From an uncultured Acutalibacter sp. (GTDB lineage: Bacteria; Bacillota; Clostridia; Oscillospirales; Acutalibacteraceae): a stretch of DNA of 64,000 nt. Of this stretch, positions 37,478-46,966 are shown piece by piece. A model generated the notes under the pieces. It had not been told where the DNA came from. It saw nothing but the letters and a program-made list of their open reading frames with translations, and ran no database searches. Every line of letters starts with the position of its first letter. Position 1 is the stretch's first letter. Location of the stretch: assembly GCA_964600905.1 (NCBI GenBank), contig CAZRLJ010000004.1, positions 328 through 64,327 on the forward strand. Reading direction: 5' to 3'. The position numbers were made by a program, and so were the translations under genes.

Positions 37478-37726
37478 TTATTCCTTCTCCTTCTCCTTCT
37501 TCTTTTCTTTTTCCTGATACCGCAGGTAGTCCAGGCAATCGATTTTTTTCTGGCACTTGTGCATGTCGTCCAGCAGCTCCCGCCGGTGCTTTTGCAGGAG
37601 CTTTTCCTTGCCCTTTTCGTCGCCGCAGTCGCAGCACTCGCAATACTTTTCGATGGTCTTTTTATTGCAGCCGGCAGCCGTCAGGTTATCCACTACCTCT
37701 TTCCGCTTTTCATTCATGCTGATCAC
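37478..37726 (-). CDS. Small Cys-rich hypothetical protein divergent from LysR
   Basis: NL.AAGC...IDCLDYL pattern, plausible RBS, EK-rich tail. Confidence 0.65.
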   Translation of the reverse strand: MISMNEKRKEVVDNLTAAGCNKKTIEKYCECCDCGDEKGKEKLLQKHRRELLDDMHKCQKKIDCLDYLRYQEKEKKKEKEKE

Positions 37727-37768
37727 TCCTGTCCTTCGTCCTTGCTATCATAATATCATTCCCAAAAC

Positions 37769-37793
37769 AAAATAGCAAATACTTATTTTGCAT
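37769..37793. promoter_or_regulatory. Putative LysR operator, copy 2
   Basis: AAAATAGCAAATACTTATTTTGCAT in the divergent LysR intergenic region. Confidence 0.6.
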
Positions 37794-37854
37794 GTCAGCC
37801 TATTCTTGACTTGCATAGCTCTTTTTGATAGACTGTGAGAGAGGAGTTGAGACC

Positions 37855-38733
37855 ATGGAGCTTCGGGTTTTACAGTATTTTCTCGCCATTGCCCGGGAGG
37901 AAAGCATCTCCAGGGCGGCGGAATCCCTGCACCTTTCCCAGCCCACCCTGTCCCGGCAGCTGAAGGCCCTGGAGGACGAGCTGGGCAAGCAGCTGGTGGT
38001 GCGGGGCAGCCACAGCGTGACCCTCACAGAGGAGGGGATGATCCTGCGCAGGCGGGCCGAGGAAATTCTGGACCTGGTACGCCGGGCGGAGGATGAGATT
38101 TCCCTGGAAATGGAGGACGTGGCCGGAGAAATTCGGATCGCCGCCGGGGAGACAGACGGCATCCGCCTGTTTGCAGACGTGATGCAGACCATGAAGCGGG
38201 AGTATCCCGGGGTCACCTACCAGTTTCAAAGCGGCAACTCCGTTTACGTCCGGGAGCAGCTTGACAAGGGGCTGGCCGATTTCGGGCTGGTTTACGAGGA
38301 GGTGGACCCCCTGGGCTACGATTCCCTCCCCGTTCCCATTGTGGATGAATGGGGGGTCATGGTGCGCCGGGACTCTCCCCTGGCCGAAAAGAGAGTGGTC
38401 GCCCCAAAGGATCTCCTGGATCAGCCGCTGATCCTTTCCGGACAGACCTCCGCCAAAAATCAGGTGGCGGAATGGTTCGGCAAGAGCTGGAAATCCGTCA
38501 ACATCCTGGCCACCTACAATCTTTCCACCAACGCCGCCATTTTGGCCAGCACCGGGGTGGGCTGCGTGGTGTGCTTCAATAAGCTCCTGCGCACCTCCGG
38601 GGACAGCGAGCTGTGCTTTCGCCCCCTCTCCCCTCCCCTGACCTCCCAGGCGGCCCTGATCTGGAAAAAGTACCAGCCCCTGGGCAAGGCGCCCCGAAAA
38701 TTTCTGGAGCTGCTGCGGGAAAGCATTTCCTGA
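37855..38733 (+). CDS. LysR family transcriptional regulator
   Basis: MELRVLQYF..AAESLHLSQPTLSRQL..LE. Confidence 0.95.
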   Translation: MELRVLQYFLAIAREESISRAAESLHLSQPTLSRQLKALEDELGKQLVVRGSHSVTLTEEGMILRRRAEEILDLVRRAEDEISLEMEDVAGEIRIAAGETDGIRLFADVMQTMKREYPGVTYQFQSGNSVYVREQLDKGLADFGLVYEEVDPLGYDSLPVPIVDEWGVMVRRDSPLAEKRVVAPKDLLDQPLILSGQTSAKNQVAEWFGKSWKSVNILATYNLSTNAAILASTGVGCVVCFNKLLRTSGDSELCFRPLSPPLTSQAALIWKKYQPLGKAPRKFLELLRESIS

Positions 38734-38756
38734 AGAATTCAATTCTCATGACAAAT

Positions 38757-38793
38757 AAAAGCTCCCGGGAGCCAGAGCTTCCGGGAGCTTTTT
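38757..38793. terminator. Bidirectional terminator
   Basis: AAAAGCTCCCGGGA...TTCCGGGAGCTTTTT. Confidence 0.75.
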
Positions 38794-38808
38794 GTATACT
38801 CAAAGCCT

Positions 38809-39981
38809 TTAGGCCTTGATCCTTTTCCGGAGAAGCTGACCGATCAGCAGAAGCACGGGGAAAATCACGGCGGCCAGAAGCCCCATGTGCAGATTGCCCT
38901 CAAAGCCCTCGGAAACGAATCCCGCAAAGGTGGGGCCGCTGGAGCATCCCACATCGCCGGCAAAGGCCAGCAGCGCAAACATCTGGGTGCCGCCGCCCCG
39001 GATGGCCGCTGTGGCCGTGCTGTATGTCCCGGGCCACATGATCCCCACGGAAAAGCCGCACAGGGCAAGCCCCGCCAGGCCCACAATGGGCGAGGGGACC
39101 AGCGCGATACAAAGATAAGACGCCACGCAGAGGATGCAGCTGAATTTCATAAAGCGGTCAAGGTCGATCTTGTGGCCGTATTTGCCGTAAATCAGCCGGG
39201 ACAGGCCCATCAGCAGGGCAAAGCCCATGGGGCCCGCCAGATCGCCCACCGTCTTGCTGACGCCCAGGCCCTCCTCCGCGAAGGTGGAGGCCCACTGGCT
39301 GATGGTCAGCTCGCTGGCCCCGGCGCAGAACATCATGAGCATCAGGGCCCAGAAAATCTTTTTGGAGAAAAGCTCCTTCAGGCGGAGCCCCTTCTCCCCG
39401 TCCTCATGGAGGGAATACAGGGGCGTTTTCAAAAACAGAACCGCGTTGAACAGGGGGATCAGCGCCCAGACCAGCGCAAGCGCCTTCCAGTTCTGCACCC
39501 CGAAAATTCCAAAGAACAGCGTGGACAGCAGCACCAGCCCCACATGGCCCCAGCAGTAGAAGGAATGGAGCAGGCTCATGGCCTTCTCCTTGTTCTCCGT
39601 GGGGCAGGCCTCAATAATGGGGCTGACAATGACCTCGATGAGCCCGCCGCCCACAGCATAGAAGCCTACGGCGGTCAGGATGCCCGCGTAGCCCCAAAGA
39701 TCCGGCAGGATCGTCAGCAGCACCAGCCCGCAGAAGGCGCAGACGTGGGCCGTCACCACGGAGACCCGGTAGCCGATGCGGTCCACAAAGATTGCTCCCA
39801 GGACGTCCACCACCAGCTGGATCACGAAATTGATGGTGATGATGAAGGTGATCTGGGAAAGGGTCAGGGAATAGCTCTGCTGTAAAGTCAAAAACAGCAG
39901 CGGGACAAAGTTATTGACCACCGCCTGCACAATGTATCCCACAAAGCTGGCAAACATGGTGGTTTTGTAGGTCAGTTTCAA
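38809..39981 (-). CDS. MFS transporter (sugar-type)
   Basis: About 12 TM segments, DRIGYR motif; TTG start with GGAGG RBS. Confidence 0.85.
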   Translation of the reverse strand: MKLTYKTTMFASFVGYIVQAVVNNFVPLLFLTLQQSYSLTLSQITFIITINFVIQLVVDVLGAIFVDRIGYRVSVVTAHVCAFCGLVLLTILPDLWGYAGILTAVGFYAVGGGLIEVIVSPIIEACPTENKEKAMSLLHSFYCWGHVGLVLLSTLFFGIFGVQNWKALALVWALIPLFNAVLFLKTPLYSLHEDGEKGLRLKELFSKKIFWALMLMMFCAGASELTISQWASTFAEEGLGVSKTVGDLAGPMGFALLMGLSRLIYGKYGHKIDLDRFMKFSCILCVASYLCIALVPSPIVGLAGLALCGFSVGIMWPGTYSTATAAIRGGGTQMFALLAFAGDVGCSSGPTFAGFVSEGFEGNLHMGLLAAVIFPVLLLIGQLLRKRIKA

Positions 39982-40036
39982 GAAGCGCGCCTCCCAAAAC
40001 AAATTTCCTTTTGCAGGCCCCAGGGGCCATAAAGGG

Positions 40037-41161
40037 TTATCTCATTTCACTGCCGTGGATGATCCCGGTCATTTCCCGGTGCCAACATGACTCCCGCCAC
40101 ATTCCCACAAACTGGGGACCGCAGAAATTGCTGGTGGCCATCCCGGCCCAGCAGCCTGTTTTGGCCGCCGTGGTCACGCCCAGGCGGTTCAGGTCCAAAA
40201 TCCAATCCCAGTTCAGCAGGGGCCAGTCCTTGTAATCCACTACGGACCAGCACTCCGTGGTGACCAGGGGTTTACCCGTGTGCCTTGCCCACCGGGCCGC
40301 CGCCTCGATCTCCCTGACTAAGGAATTGTCGTACTTTTCCCGATGAGCCCGGTACTCCTCCTCGCCGTGGAGGGCCAGATTGGTATAGCCCACGTCGTCA
40401 AAGCGCTCAAAGCCGTAGCCCACCTTTTCGTAAAAGCGGCTGGAATTGGCCATCCAGATATGGGGCTCCAGAAAATCGAGAAAGCTCACGTCGCTGTCCA
40501 TATGAAACTGGGGGGATTGCAGGGAAAAGGTGGAGGAAAAGGTGACGGGGATGGAAGGGTACGCCCTCTTAAATTCCGCCACCGCCGCCCTCATCCAGTC
40601 GAGGGACTCTTTGTCGTCCCAGCCGTGTTCCCCGTTCCGGGTGAAAAAAGGGGCCCAGACGGCCAGGGGCCATTCGTTGCAGAGGTCCACATAGAGAATG
40701 TTGTCCAGCTCCCCCCATTCCTCCACATATTGCAGGGTCTTGATCCAGATATTCGCGTGATCCTGGGGCGTGTGGATGTCCATCAGGGTGCGGTCCACGT
40801 CCTCCCGGAACCAGGTGGAAAAGCCCACCCGCACATGGTGGCGGCGGCAGGCCTTCAGAAAATTCCGGAGATCGTCGCGGAGCCTGATCCTGTTGACAGA
40901 GCAGCTGCCCCAGGCCTGCACATTCCACACCGGATTCAGGGTCCATTCCCGATCAGGGTCCTTCGCCAGCAGGTGGGGAAAGGGGTCGATCCGCACGGCG
41001 TCGTATCCCCGGTCAGTCAGTTGGGAAAGGGCCTGGTCCCAGTCCTCATACCCGGCGCCGGGCCAGCGGCGTTCAACCCAGGAAAACTCCCACATGGTGA
41101 TAGCAAAGGGCTTTTCAATGCGGAACAGCTCCTTTGCCCGCTCAAAAACAGATGCGCTCAT
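40037..41161 (-). CDS. Sugar-binding cellulase-like family protein (clan GH-A-like)
   Basis: ITMWEFSW, RGYDAVRID, DLCNE and TTECW acid/base and nucleophile-like motifs. Confidence 0.7.
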   Translation of the reverse strand: MSASVFERAKELFRIEKPFAITMWEFSWVERRWPGAGYEDWDQALSQLTDRGYDAVRIDPFPHLLAKDPDREWTLNPVWNVQAWGSCSVNRIRLRDDLRNFLKACRRHHVRVGFSTWFREDVDRTLMDIHTPQDHANIWIKTLQYVEEWGELDNILYVDLCNEWPLAVWAPFFTRNGEHGWDDKESLDWMRAAVAEFKRAYPSIPVTFSSTFSLQSPQFHMDSDVSFLDFLEPHIWMANSSRFYEKVGYGFERFDDVGYTNLALHGEEEYRAHREKYDNSLVREIEAAARWARHTGKPLVTTECWSVVDYKDWPLLNWDWILDLNRLGVTTAAKTGCWAGMATSNFCGPQFVGMWRESCWHREMTGIIHGSEMR

Positions 41162-41377
41162 TAAATCTTCCTCCCGGTTCTTCCTTCGCCGCCCTGCCGC
41201 CTGTGTTCCAGGCTGCCGCGGCGGAATCACATGTGGCTTGATTATACTCTCCCCCGCCCCGGGCTGTCAACGGCTTCCGGGTTCCCCGCAAGGCCTTTGC
41301 TTGACATCGGCCTGCTTTTCTGGTAGGCTGAGCTTATGAACGAACAGAATCTATTGTATGCGTAAGGAGGAGCCGCC

Positions 41378-42283
41378 ATGTCAAAAGTCACCTTTTTTGA
41401 AGCCCAAAAAATTTACGAGGGCGCCTGGCAAATCAGCTACGCCTTCAATCGCCGGGAGGGCGCGCCCGTGTACACCTATCTGGTAGAGGGCCGGGACTAT
41501 GCGTTAGTCATCGACACCATGTACGGATACGGAAACCTCAAGGCCTTCTGCGAGACCCTCACCCACAAGCCCCTGAAGCTGGTGAACACCCATTTCCACG
41601 GGGATCACACCGGCGGCAACAGCGATTTTGACGCCTGCTATATCCATCATCTTGACATTCCCTACCTCTACTCCGGGCTCCCCGGCCAGACCGGCACCCG
41701 CCTGGAGGCCACCATTGCCGCCGCCAGGCCGGAGCTTGCCCAGCTGATCGAGCCCTCCGATGTGCCGGACGATCATCCCATCCAGGTCTACCCCCTGTAT
41801 GACGGCGACTGCTTCGACCTGGGCGACAGAAAGCTGGAGGTCATCTATGTGGGCGGCCATTCCCCCGGGAGCATCTGTCTGCTGGACCGGGCCAACCGTG
41901 CCCTATTTACCGGGGACGCCTGCAACGGCAACACCCTCCTGAATCTGGGTTCCTGGCCCAGTGTGGAGGAATATCTTGGGAACCTCCTGCACCTGATGGA
42001 GTTCCGCTCCTGTTTTGACGTCACCTACGGCGGACACCAGATCATTCCCGCCACGGTGATCGACGAGGGTGTGGAGACCACCGCCAAGGTGGTGGCCGGA
42101 ACGGACGACAAAATGGCGGTAAACGGCCCCTTCGGCCCCGTCCTCTATGCCGCGAAGCTGCGCAAAGAGGGCTTTGGCCGGGAGGACGGCAAGAGCTTCA
42201 ACATGGCATACACCGCTGAGCGTGTCCACAAAAAGCCCCGGGGCCCCCAGGTCATCGGCGCGGAAATGCCCTCGCCGTTCTGA
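41378..42283 (+). CDS. MBL-fold metallohydrolase
   Basis: NTHFHGDH, GHSPGS, FTGD. Confidence 0.85.
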   Translation: MSKVTFFEAQKIYEGAWQISYAFNRREGAPVYTYLVEGRDYALVIDTMYGYGNLKAFCETLTHKPLKLVNTHFHGDHTGGNSDFDACYIHHLDIPYLYSGLPGQTGTRLEATIAAARPELAQLIEPSDVPDDHPIQVYPLYDGDCFDLGDRKLEVIYVGGHSPGSICLLDRANRALFTGDACNGNTLLNLGSWPSVEEYLGNLLHLMEFRSCFDVTYGGHQIIPATVIDEGVETTAKVVAGTDDKMAVNGPFGPVLYAAKLRKEGFGREDGKSFNMAYTAERVHKKPRGPQVIGAEMPSPF

Positions 42284-42371
42284 CCGAACAAGCCCTCTGG
42301 GGGAACACACGTCCATAGAATGCAGCAGCGGGCAGCCGATCGGCTGCCCGCTTTTGTGGTGCACAAATCCG

Positions 42372-43211
42372 TTACTGGGAATGATGGCGGCGTTCCCTCT
42401 TCTTTTCGCCATGATGTCCCCGGGAACTGCCATCCGATGCGGCGGAACTCCCCGTCTGACTGCTTTCCGCAGCGCCGGTGCTTTCTTCCGTTCCCCCGTT
42501 CCCGGCTGCCGAATGATGGCCGCCTCCGGAACCGTCTCTGGCGCGTCTGCATTGATGAATGCGTTCCTGGATCTCGGCCATGTTCATGCTGTGGCAGTCC
42601 TCCGGCGTCACCTGTTCATCGTACTTTGCCAGCTCCAAATAAGCCGCATATTTTCCAAAGGAAAGCTCATAGCTGTGGGCTTCTGCCAGGGTCTCAAAGC
42701 CTGCTTCACAATACTGCCCGCCGTATTTCCGGCACGCAGTCCCACTCCGGAGGACCTGGAGCAGCGCGGAACTCTTTTCCGCTTCTCGGGAAGCCACCGT
42801 GACGGTAAGGCCGGAGAGCTTGGTCAGGTACGCCTGCATGGTATCACTGCTGAGCAGCGTATCCACCGCCTCGGCGCATGTTTTCCCCTGGAGCGATACC
42901 CCTTGCAGGACGTCGCTTCCCTCCTCGTTGTAGGCTTTGGCTGAAACGACCCGGTCAAGCCGGTTCAGCGTCAGCTCAACAGAGGGATTGACGTCGATAC
43001 TCACGTAGGCGGCAGGCTGCTGCAGCCAGGCATAGCCGCCCAGCCCAAAAAGCAGCAGCAAGCAGCACACAGCGGCGGCGGCCCATGCCAATTTGGGTGT
43101 TTTTTCCCTGCCGCGCCGCTTTGCAATGGCCAACAGGGCCTTTTCCTGAAACTCCTGAGAAGCTCTTACTTCCTCAAACGAATCGCGGATCCTATTCGTC
43201 AAAGTCGTCAC
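42372..43211 (-). CDS. Anti-sigma factor with RsgI-like extracytoplasmic domain
   Basis: TM then YVSIDVNPSVELTLN...N.EG; follows the ECF sigma gene. Confidence 0.75.
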   Translation of the reverse strand: MTTLTNRIRDSFEEVRASQEFQEKALLAIAKRRGREKTPKLAWAAAAVCCLLLLFGLGGYAWLQQPAAYVSIDVNPSVELTLNRLDRVVSAKAYNEEGSDVLQGVSLQGKTCAEAVDTLLSSDTMQAYLTKLSGLTVTVASREAEKSSALLQVLRSGTACRKYGGQYCEAGFETLAEAHSYELSFGKYAAYLELAKYDEQVTPEDCHSMNMAEIQERIHQCRRARDGSGGGHHSAAGNGGTEESTGAAESSQTGSSAASDGSSRGHHGEKKRERRHHSQ

Positions 43212-43677
43212 CTCCCAATTTGTCCTTCAGCATAGCTCTGCCGCGAGACAGCAGGGAATAGACGGTATTTTCCCTGGAATGCAGGATTTTCGCCATTTCC
43301 GCCGCAGAATATCCCTCGTAATAGTGAAGATAGATCACATCCCTGTACTTTTGGGGCAGTGACAGCACCGCCTCCAGAACCTCCCGGTGCTCATCGGAAA
43401 TTTCAGCATATTCTTCCGACAAAAGCTCCAAGGGTGTTTCCCGGCGCCGAAGCAGGGCTTTTATGTCATCCCGGCACGCATTGATTGTGACCCGTATCAT
43501 CCACGCCTTTTCATGCTCGGGGCTTTCAAAGTCACCCGAAAAGAGCAGGTACTTCAGAAATACTTTCTGGGAGACGTCCTCGGCGTCAGCATCGTTTTTC
43601 ATGTGGCAAAGGCAAATACGGCGGATCATGTCGCTGTACTGCTCCACCACACGATTGGTCTCCTCTTCGCTGCGCAC
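43192..43677 (-). CDS. ECF RNA polymerase sigma factor
   Basis: DAEDVSQ, WMIRVTIN, LPQKYR..IYLHYYEGYS, LSRGR. Confidence 0.9.
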   Translation of the reverse strand: MRSEEETNRVVEQYSDMIRRICLCHMKNDADAEDVSQKVFLKYLLFSGDFESPEHEKAWMIRVTINACRDDIKALLRRRETPLELLSEEYAEISDEHREVLEAVLSLPQKYRDVIYLHYYEGYSAAEMAKILHSRENTVYSLLSRGRAMLKDKLGGDDFDE

Positions 43678-43728
43678 GGGGTCACCTCCTTTGCTCCGGC
43701 AAGCTGCATGAGCGGGAATGAGACTGCC

Positions 43729-44223
43729 TCAGCAGTGCCTTCTCCCACGGCCACCATGGCAGCCGCCCCTATGGCTGCCGCTCCCGGACGAGCCGGAAGG
43801 GCGGTTATCGCAAACGCCATCGCCATCGGCGTCCACAAAGGAATTGCCCTGGCCGCGGTTATCGCAAATGCCGTCGCCGTCGGCGTCTACAAAGGAATTG
43901 CCCTGGCCGCGGTTATCGCAAACGCCATCGCCATCGGCGTCCACAAAGGAATTGCCCTGGCCACGGTTATCGCAAATGCCATCGCCGTCGGCGTCCACAA
44001 AGGAATTGCCCTGGCCACAGGTATGCAAACCCATACCGGAACCTGCCCCTCCGGCACCGCAACGGCCATAACCTCTGGTTGTGGGGTCTGTCTGCTGCTG
44101 GATACACACCTGCTGCCGGCGCTGTCCTCCGCAGCTTTCCGGCATACAGGCCCTGGCAGAGGCGGTGATACCGGTGGTCGCCAGCAAAGCCGCCGCAAGT
44201 ACGAAAGCAAACATCTTTTTCAT
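43729..44223 (-). CDS. Secreted small protein with 4 x GQGNSFVDADGDG(I/V)CDNR repeats
   Basis: Signal peptide, GGAGG RBS, DxDGDG Ca-binding-like repeats. Confidence 0.7.
   Translation of the reverse strand: MKKMFAFVLAAALLATTGITASARACMPESCGGQRRQQVCIQQQTDPTTRGYGRCGAGGAGSGMGLHTCGQGNSFVDADGDGICDNRGQGNSFVDADGDGVCDNRGQGNSFVDADGDGICDNRGQGNSFVDADGDGVCDNRPSGSSGSGSHRGGCHGGRGRRHC
43801..44016. repeat. 54-bp coding tandem repeat x4
   Basis: Unit GCGGTTATCGCAAACGCCATCGCCATCGGCGTCCACAAAGGAATTGCCCTGGCC. Confidence 0.9.
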
Positions 44224-44533
44224 AGAGATCCCTCCAAAGTTTTGTTGGGCTGTTTTCAGCCTTCTATCTCCAATACGACAGTACTCTTCAAAACCTTGCA
44301 ATGCTTTTTTATTTTTTCAGTACGGGAGACAAGAGCGCCCCGGCAGATTTACAGCGCATCTTTGGGACAGTTTTTCACGCATTCCATGCAAAAAATGCAT
44401 GTAAGCTCATCCCCTGTCGAATGCTGTGTATTTGTAGTATATCACACAGGTTATACAAACTCAAGCTATAAACGTTACAAGGATGTGCGGCAAAAATGCA
44501 AAAGCTTCCTCAAACCCGGCCGACCTCTGAGCT

Positions 44534-44597
44534 CCACTGGCGAGCAGGCCCCTTCGGGTATTCGCCCGAGGCGGCCTCAAACGCGGGAAGGCCGCAG
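44534..44597. repeat. Partial third copy of the tRNA-derived repeat unit
   Basis: CCACTGGCGAGCAGGCCCCTTCGGGTATTCGCCCG...GGAAGGCCGCAG matches ~46325..46388. Confidence 0.85.
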
Positions 44598-44660
44598 GCC
44601 CAATCTATCTCTGAAACAGAAAAACCCAGCTTGACCGAAAGGCCAAGCTGGGTTTTTTGG

Positions 44661-46207
44661 CAAGTTGCACCGAAAAAAATATCGGTATAATCGACTATTT
44701 TACATAGAATGCTTTGACATCCGTTATTCTATGTTCACCGTCAGAAGCGTTTATTACAACCTCGTATTTTGTGGCACAAATCGGACTGAATTTACAGAAC
44801 ACCTTGTGTCCAACGGTTTTTCCCTCAAATACCTGTACTTTTTTCTTCTTGTAGTGGGGAAGATATGCATATACGGAGAAAGAGGAGATCTTCTGACCGT
44901 TGGCAAGGTCTTCGCTGATAACAATGGTATTGGAAAGATGATTCTCGGTGGGCATTTCCCAGGAGGGCTCGTCCATTTCCTTGTGAGTGATGATGTAAGT
45001 ATCGCCTTCTTTTACGGGAGCGGAAAAATCCAGCGGTTGGCCGTAAGAAGCTCTGATCCGTTTACCAAGTGCAAGGAAGCGCTCTGCATCTACCTCCGGA
45101 AGAAGCCCCCGGTTGTCCGGCCCGATGTTCAAAAGAAAGTTAGAACCGTGTCCCACCGACATTTCGTACATACCAAAAAGTTCATCCACCGATTTGAGCG
45201 TTTCCTCGTTGTCATCATAGAACCAAGTCTTGCGTATTTTACAGTCGCACTCTGCAGGCAGAAACATAGCTGAAGACAATTTTTGTTCCTCCGTTGCAAG
45301 CTCGGAAAAATCCGTTTTGCACACAACGAGGGGGTTGACTAAGGAAGCATAGCCATCCTCGTTGCCAATCCAGCGCACTCCCGGGCTCCATTCCGGATCG
45401 CAGAAGGTGAGAATATCAGGCTGATATTCATTGATTGCCTTAACGATGCGAGCTTTATCGTATTCGTGCCCTTCAGAACCACAACCATCAAACCAAAGAT
45501 AGTCTATCTTACCGTATCCGGTAAGAAGCTCTCGAATCTGGTTTATAAAATATCCGTCGTATTCTTCAGCGTTTTTGAAGCTGATAGCATATTTTCCCCA
45601 TTGCGCAGGAGAATAGTATAGCCCTACTTTCAACCCTACCTTGCGACAGGCATCAACAAATTCACGGACAACGTCACCCTTGCCATCTTTCCAACGTGAT
45701 CCTGCAACGCTGTATTCAGAGTACTTGGTAGGCCAAAGAGCAAAGCCGTCGTGGTGCTTGCAGGTCAGAATGGCATAGGTTGCGCCGCCTGCTTTTGCCG
45801 TTTTAAGCCAATTTTCACAGTCAAGCTCGGTGGGATTGAATGCTTCCATAGGCATTTCTTTTCCGTCCCAATCCTTGTGCCCGGGGAAAAATGAGCGAAT
45901 CCCGAAATGGAAGAAAACGCCAAATTCCCAATCCAAAAATTCAAGTTTCTTTTTATCGCTGTTCATATGCATTACCTCATTTACAGTATACTTATTGAGC
46001 AGATAAAAGCTTATTTTTTACTGCTATGCATTAATAATATCAAAATCATAAAGCATCTGCAATATATTTTAGTTCAAGTCCTCCCCAAAGGTCGTTTTTG
46101 GGAAATGATATCTTTTTTATCGTACTTTGAAAAGTGGCATAACAAAACCCCGAAACCGCCGTGGTTTCGGGGTTTTTCGAACCGATATCTTTTTCGGTTC
46201 GCAATGT
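44661..46207. mobile_element. IR-bounded AT-rich cassette carrying an alpha-fucosidase gene
   Basis: 18-bp inverted repeats (44669..44686 / 46181..46198, 17/18), TGG at both junctions, abrupt composition shift. Confidence 0.6.
44695..45972 (-). CDS. Alpha-L-fucosidase (GH29)
   Basis: FGVFFHFG, KHHDGFALW, GLYYSP, LWFDG, WIGNE, SVG..SNFLLNIGP. Confidence 0.92.
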   Translation of the reverse strand: MHMNSDKKKLEFLDWEFGVFFHFGIRSFFPGHKDWDGKEMPMEAFNPTELDCENWLKTAKAGGATYAILTCKHHDGFALWPTKYSEYSVAGSRWKDGKGDVVREFVDACRKVGLKVGLYYSPAQWGKYAISFKNAEEYDGYFINQIRELLTGYGKIDYLWFDGCGSEGHEYDKARIVKAINEYQPDILTFCDPEWSPGVRWIGNEDGYASLVNPLVVCKTDFSELATEEQKLSSAMFLPAECDCKIRKTWFYDDNEETLKSVDELFGMYEMSVGHGSNFLLNIGPDNRGLLPEVDAERFLALGKRIRASYGQPLDFSAPVKEGDTYIITHKEMDEPSWEMPTENHLSNTIVISEDLANGQKISSFSVYAYLPHYKKKKVQVFEGKTVGHKVFCKFSPICATKYEVVINASDGEHRITDVKAFYVK

Positions 46208-46697
46208 TGGTTGCGGGGGTGAGCGAGTGCCGGTGGCACTCCGGTGCGAACTGCCCGAATCGACAGATGAGACGGATTTGAACCTACGGTCTCGCCTGTC
46301 GGCTCGGTCGGGCCTGGACGCTCGCCACCGGCGAGCAGGCCCCTTCGGGTATTCGCCCGTGGCGGCCTCAAACGCGGGAAGGCCGCAGAACCAAACCATG
46401 CCCTATAACGGAAGAACAGAGCATCAGCCCTGCGGGCCGATCCTCTGTTCTTTGGTTGCGGGGGTGAGCGAGTGCCGGTGGCACTCCGGTGCGAACTGCC
46501 CGAATCGACAGATGAGACGGATTTGAACCTACGGTCTCGCCTGTCGGCTCGGTCGGGCCTGGACGCTCGCCACCGGCGAGCAGGCCCCTTCGGGTATTCG
46601 CCCGAGACGGCCTCAAACGCGGGAAGGCCGCAGAACCAAACCATGCCCTATAACAGAAGAACAGAGCATCAGCCCTGCGGGCCGATCCTCTGTTCTT
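46208..46697 (-). repeat. Two tandem 245-bp tRNA-derived repeat units downstream of tRNA-fMet
   Basis: TGGTTGCGGGGG recurs at 46208, 46453 and 46698; the units differ at 3 positions. Confidence 0.92.
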
Positions 46698-46774
<77 letters not shown>

Positions 46775-46966
46775 ATATGCGCTGTCTTTTTCAGACAGCT
46801 TAGTCAGTATAGCACGTTCCGGAAGAAAAAGCAAGCCCTTTTCCGAAAAAGATTTCATCCTTTACCGACAGCCTTTGACAAGGCTCCAATGCTTTCCCGG
46901 CGTTTCCGACCGCGCCGCTCACCAGTGCCGCAGGTTTGTTTCCTTTTTCCTTGGCCTCACGCGGCG

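Noticed and set aside
46046..46644. Duplicated ORFs (117 and 175 aa) within the tRNA-linked repeats
   Set aside because: No recognisable motifs or clear RBS; explained by GC-rich structured repeats
46208..46697. CRISPR array
   Set aside because: Units are 245 bp and nearly identical throughout, with no unique spacers and no cas genes
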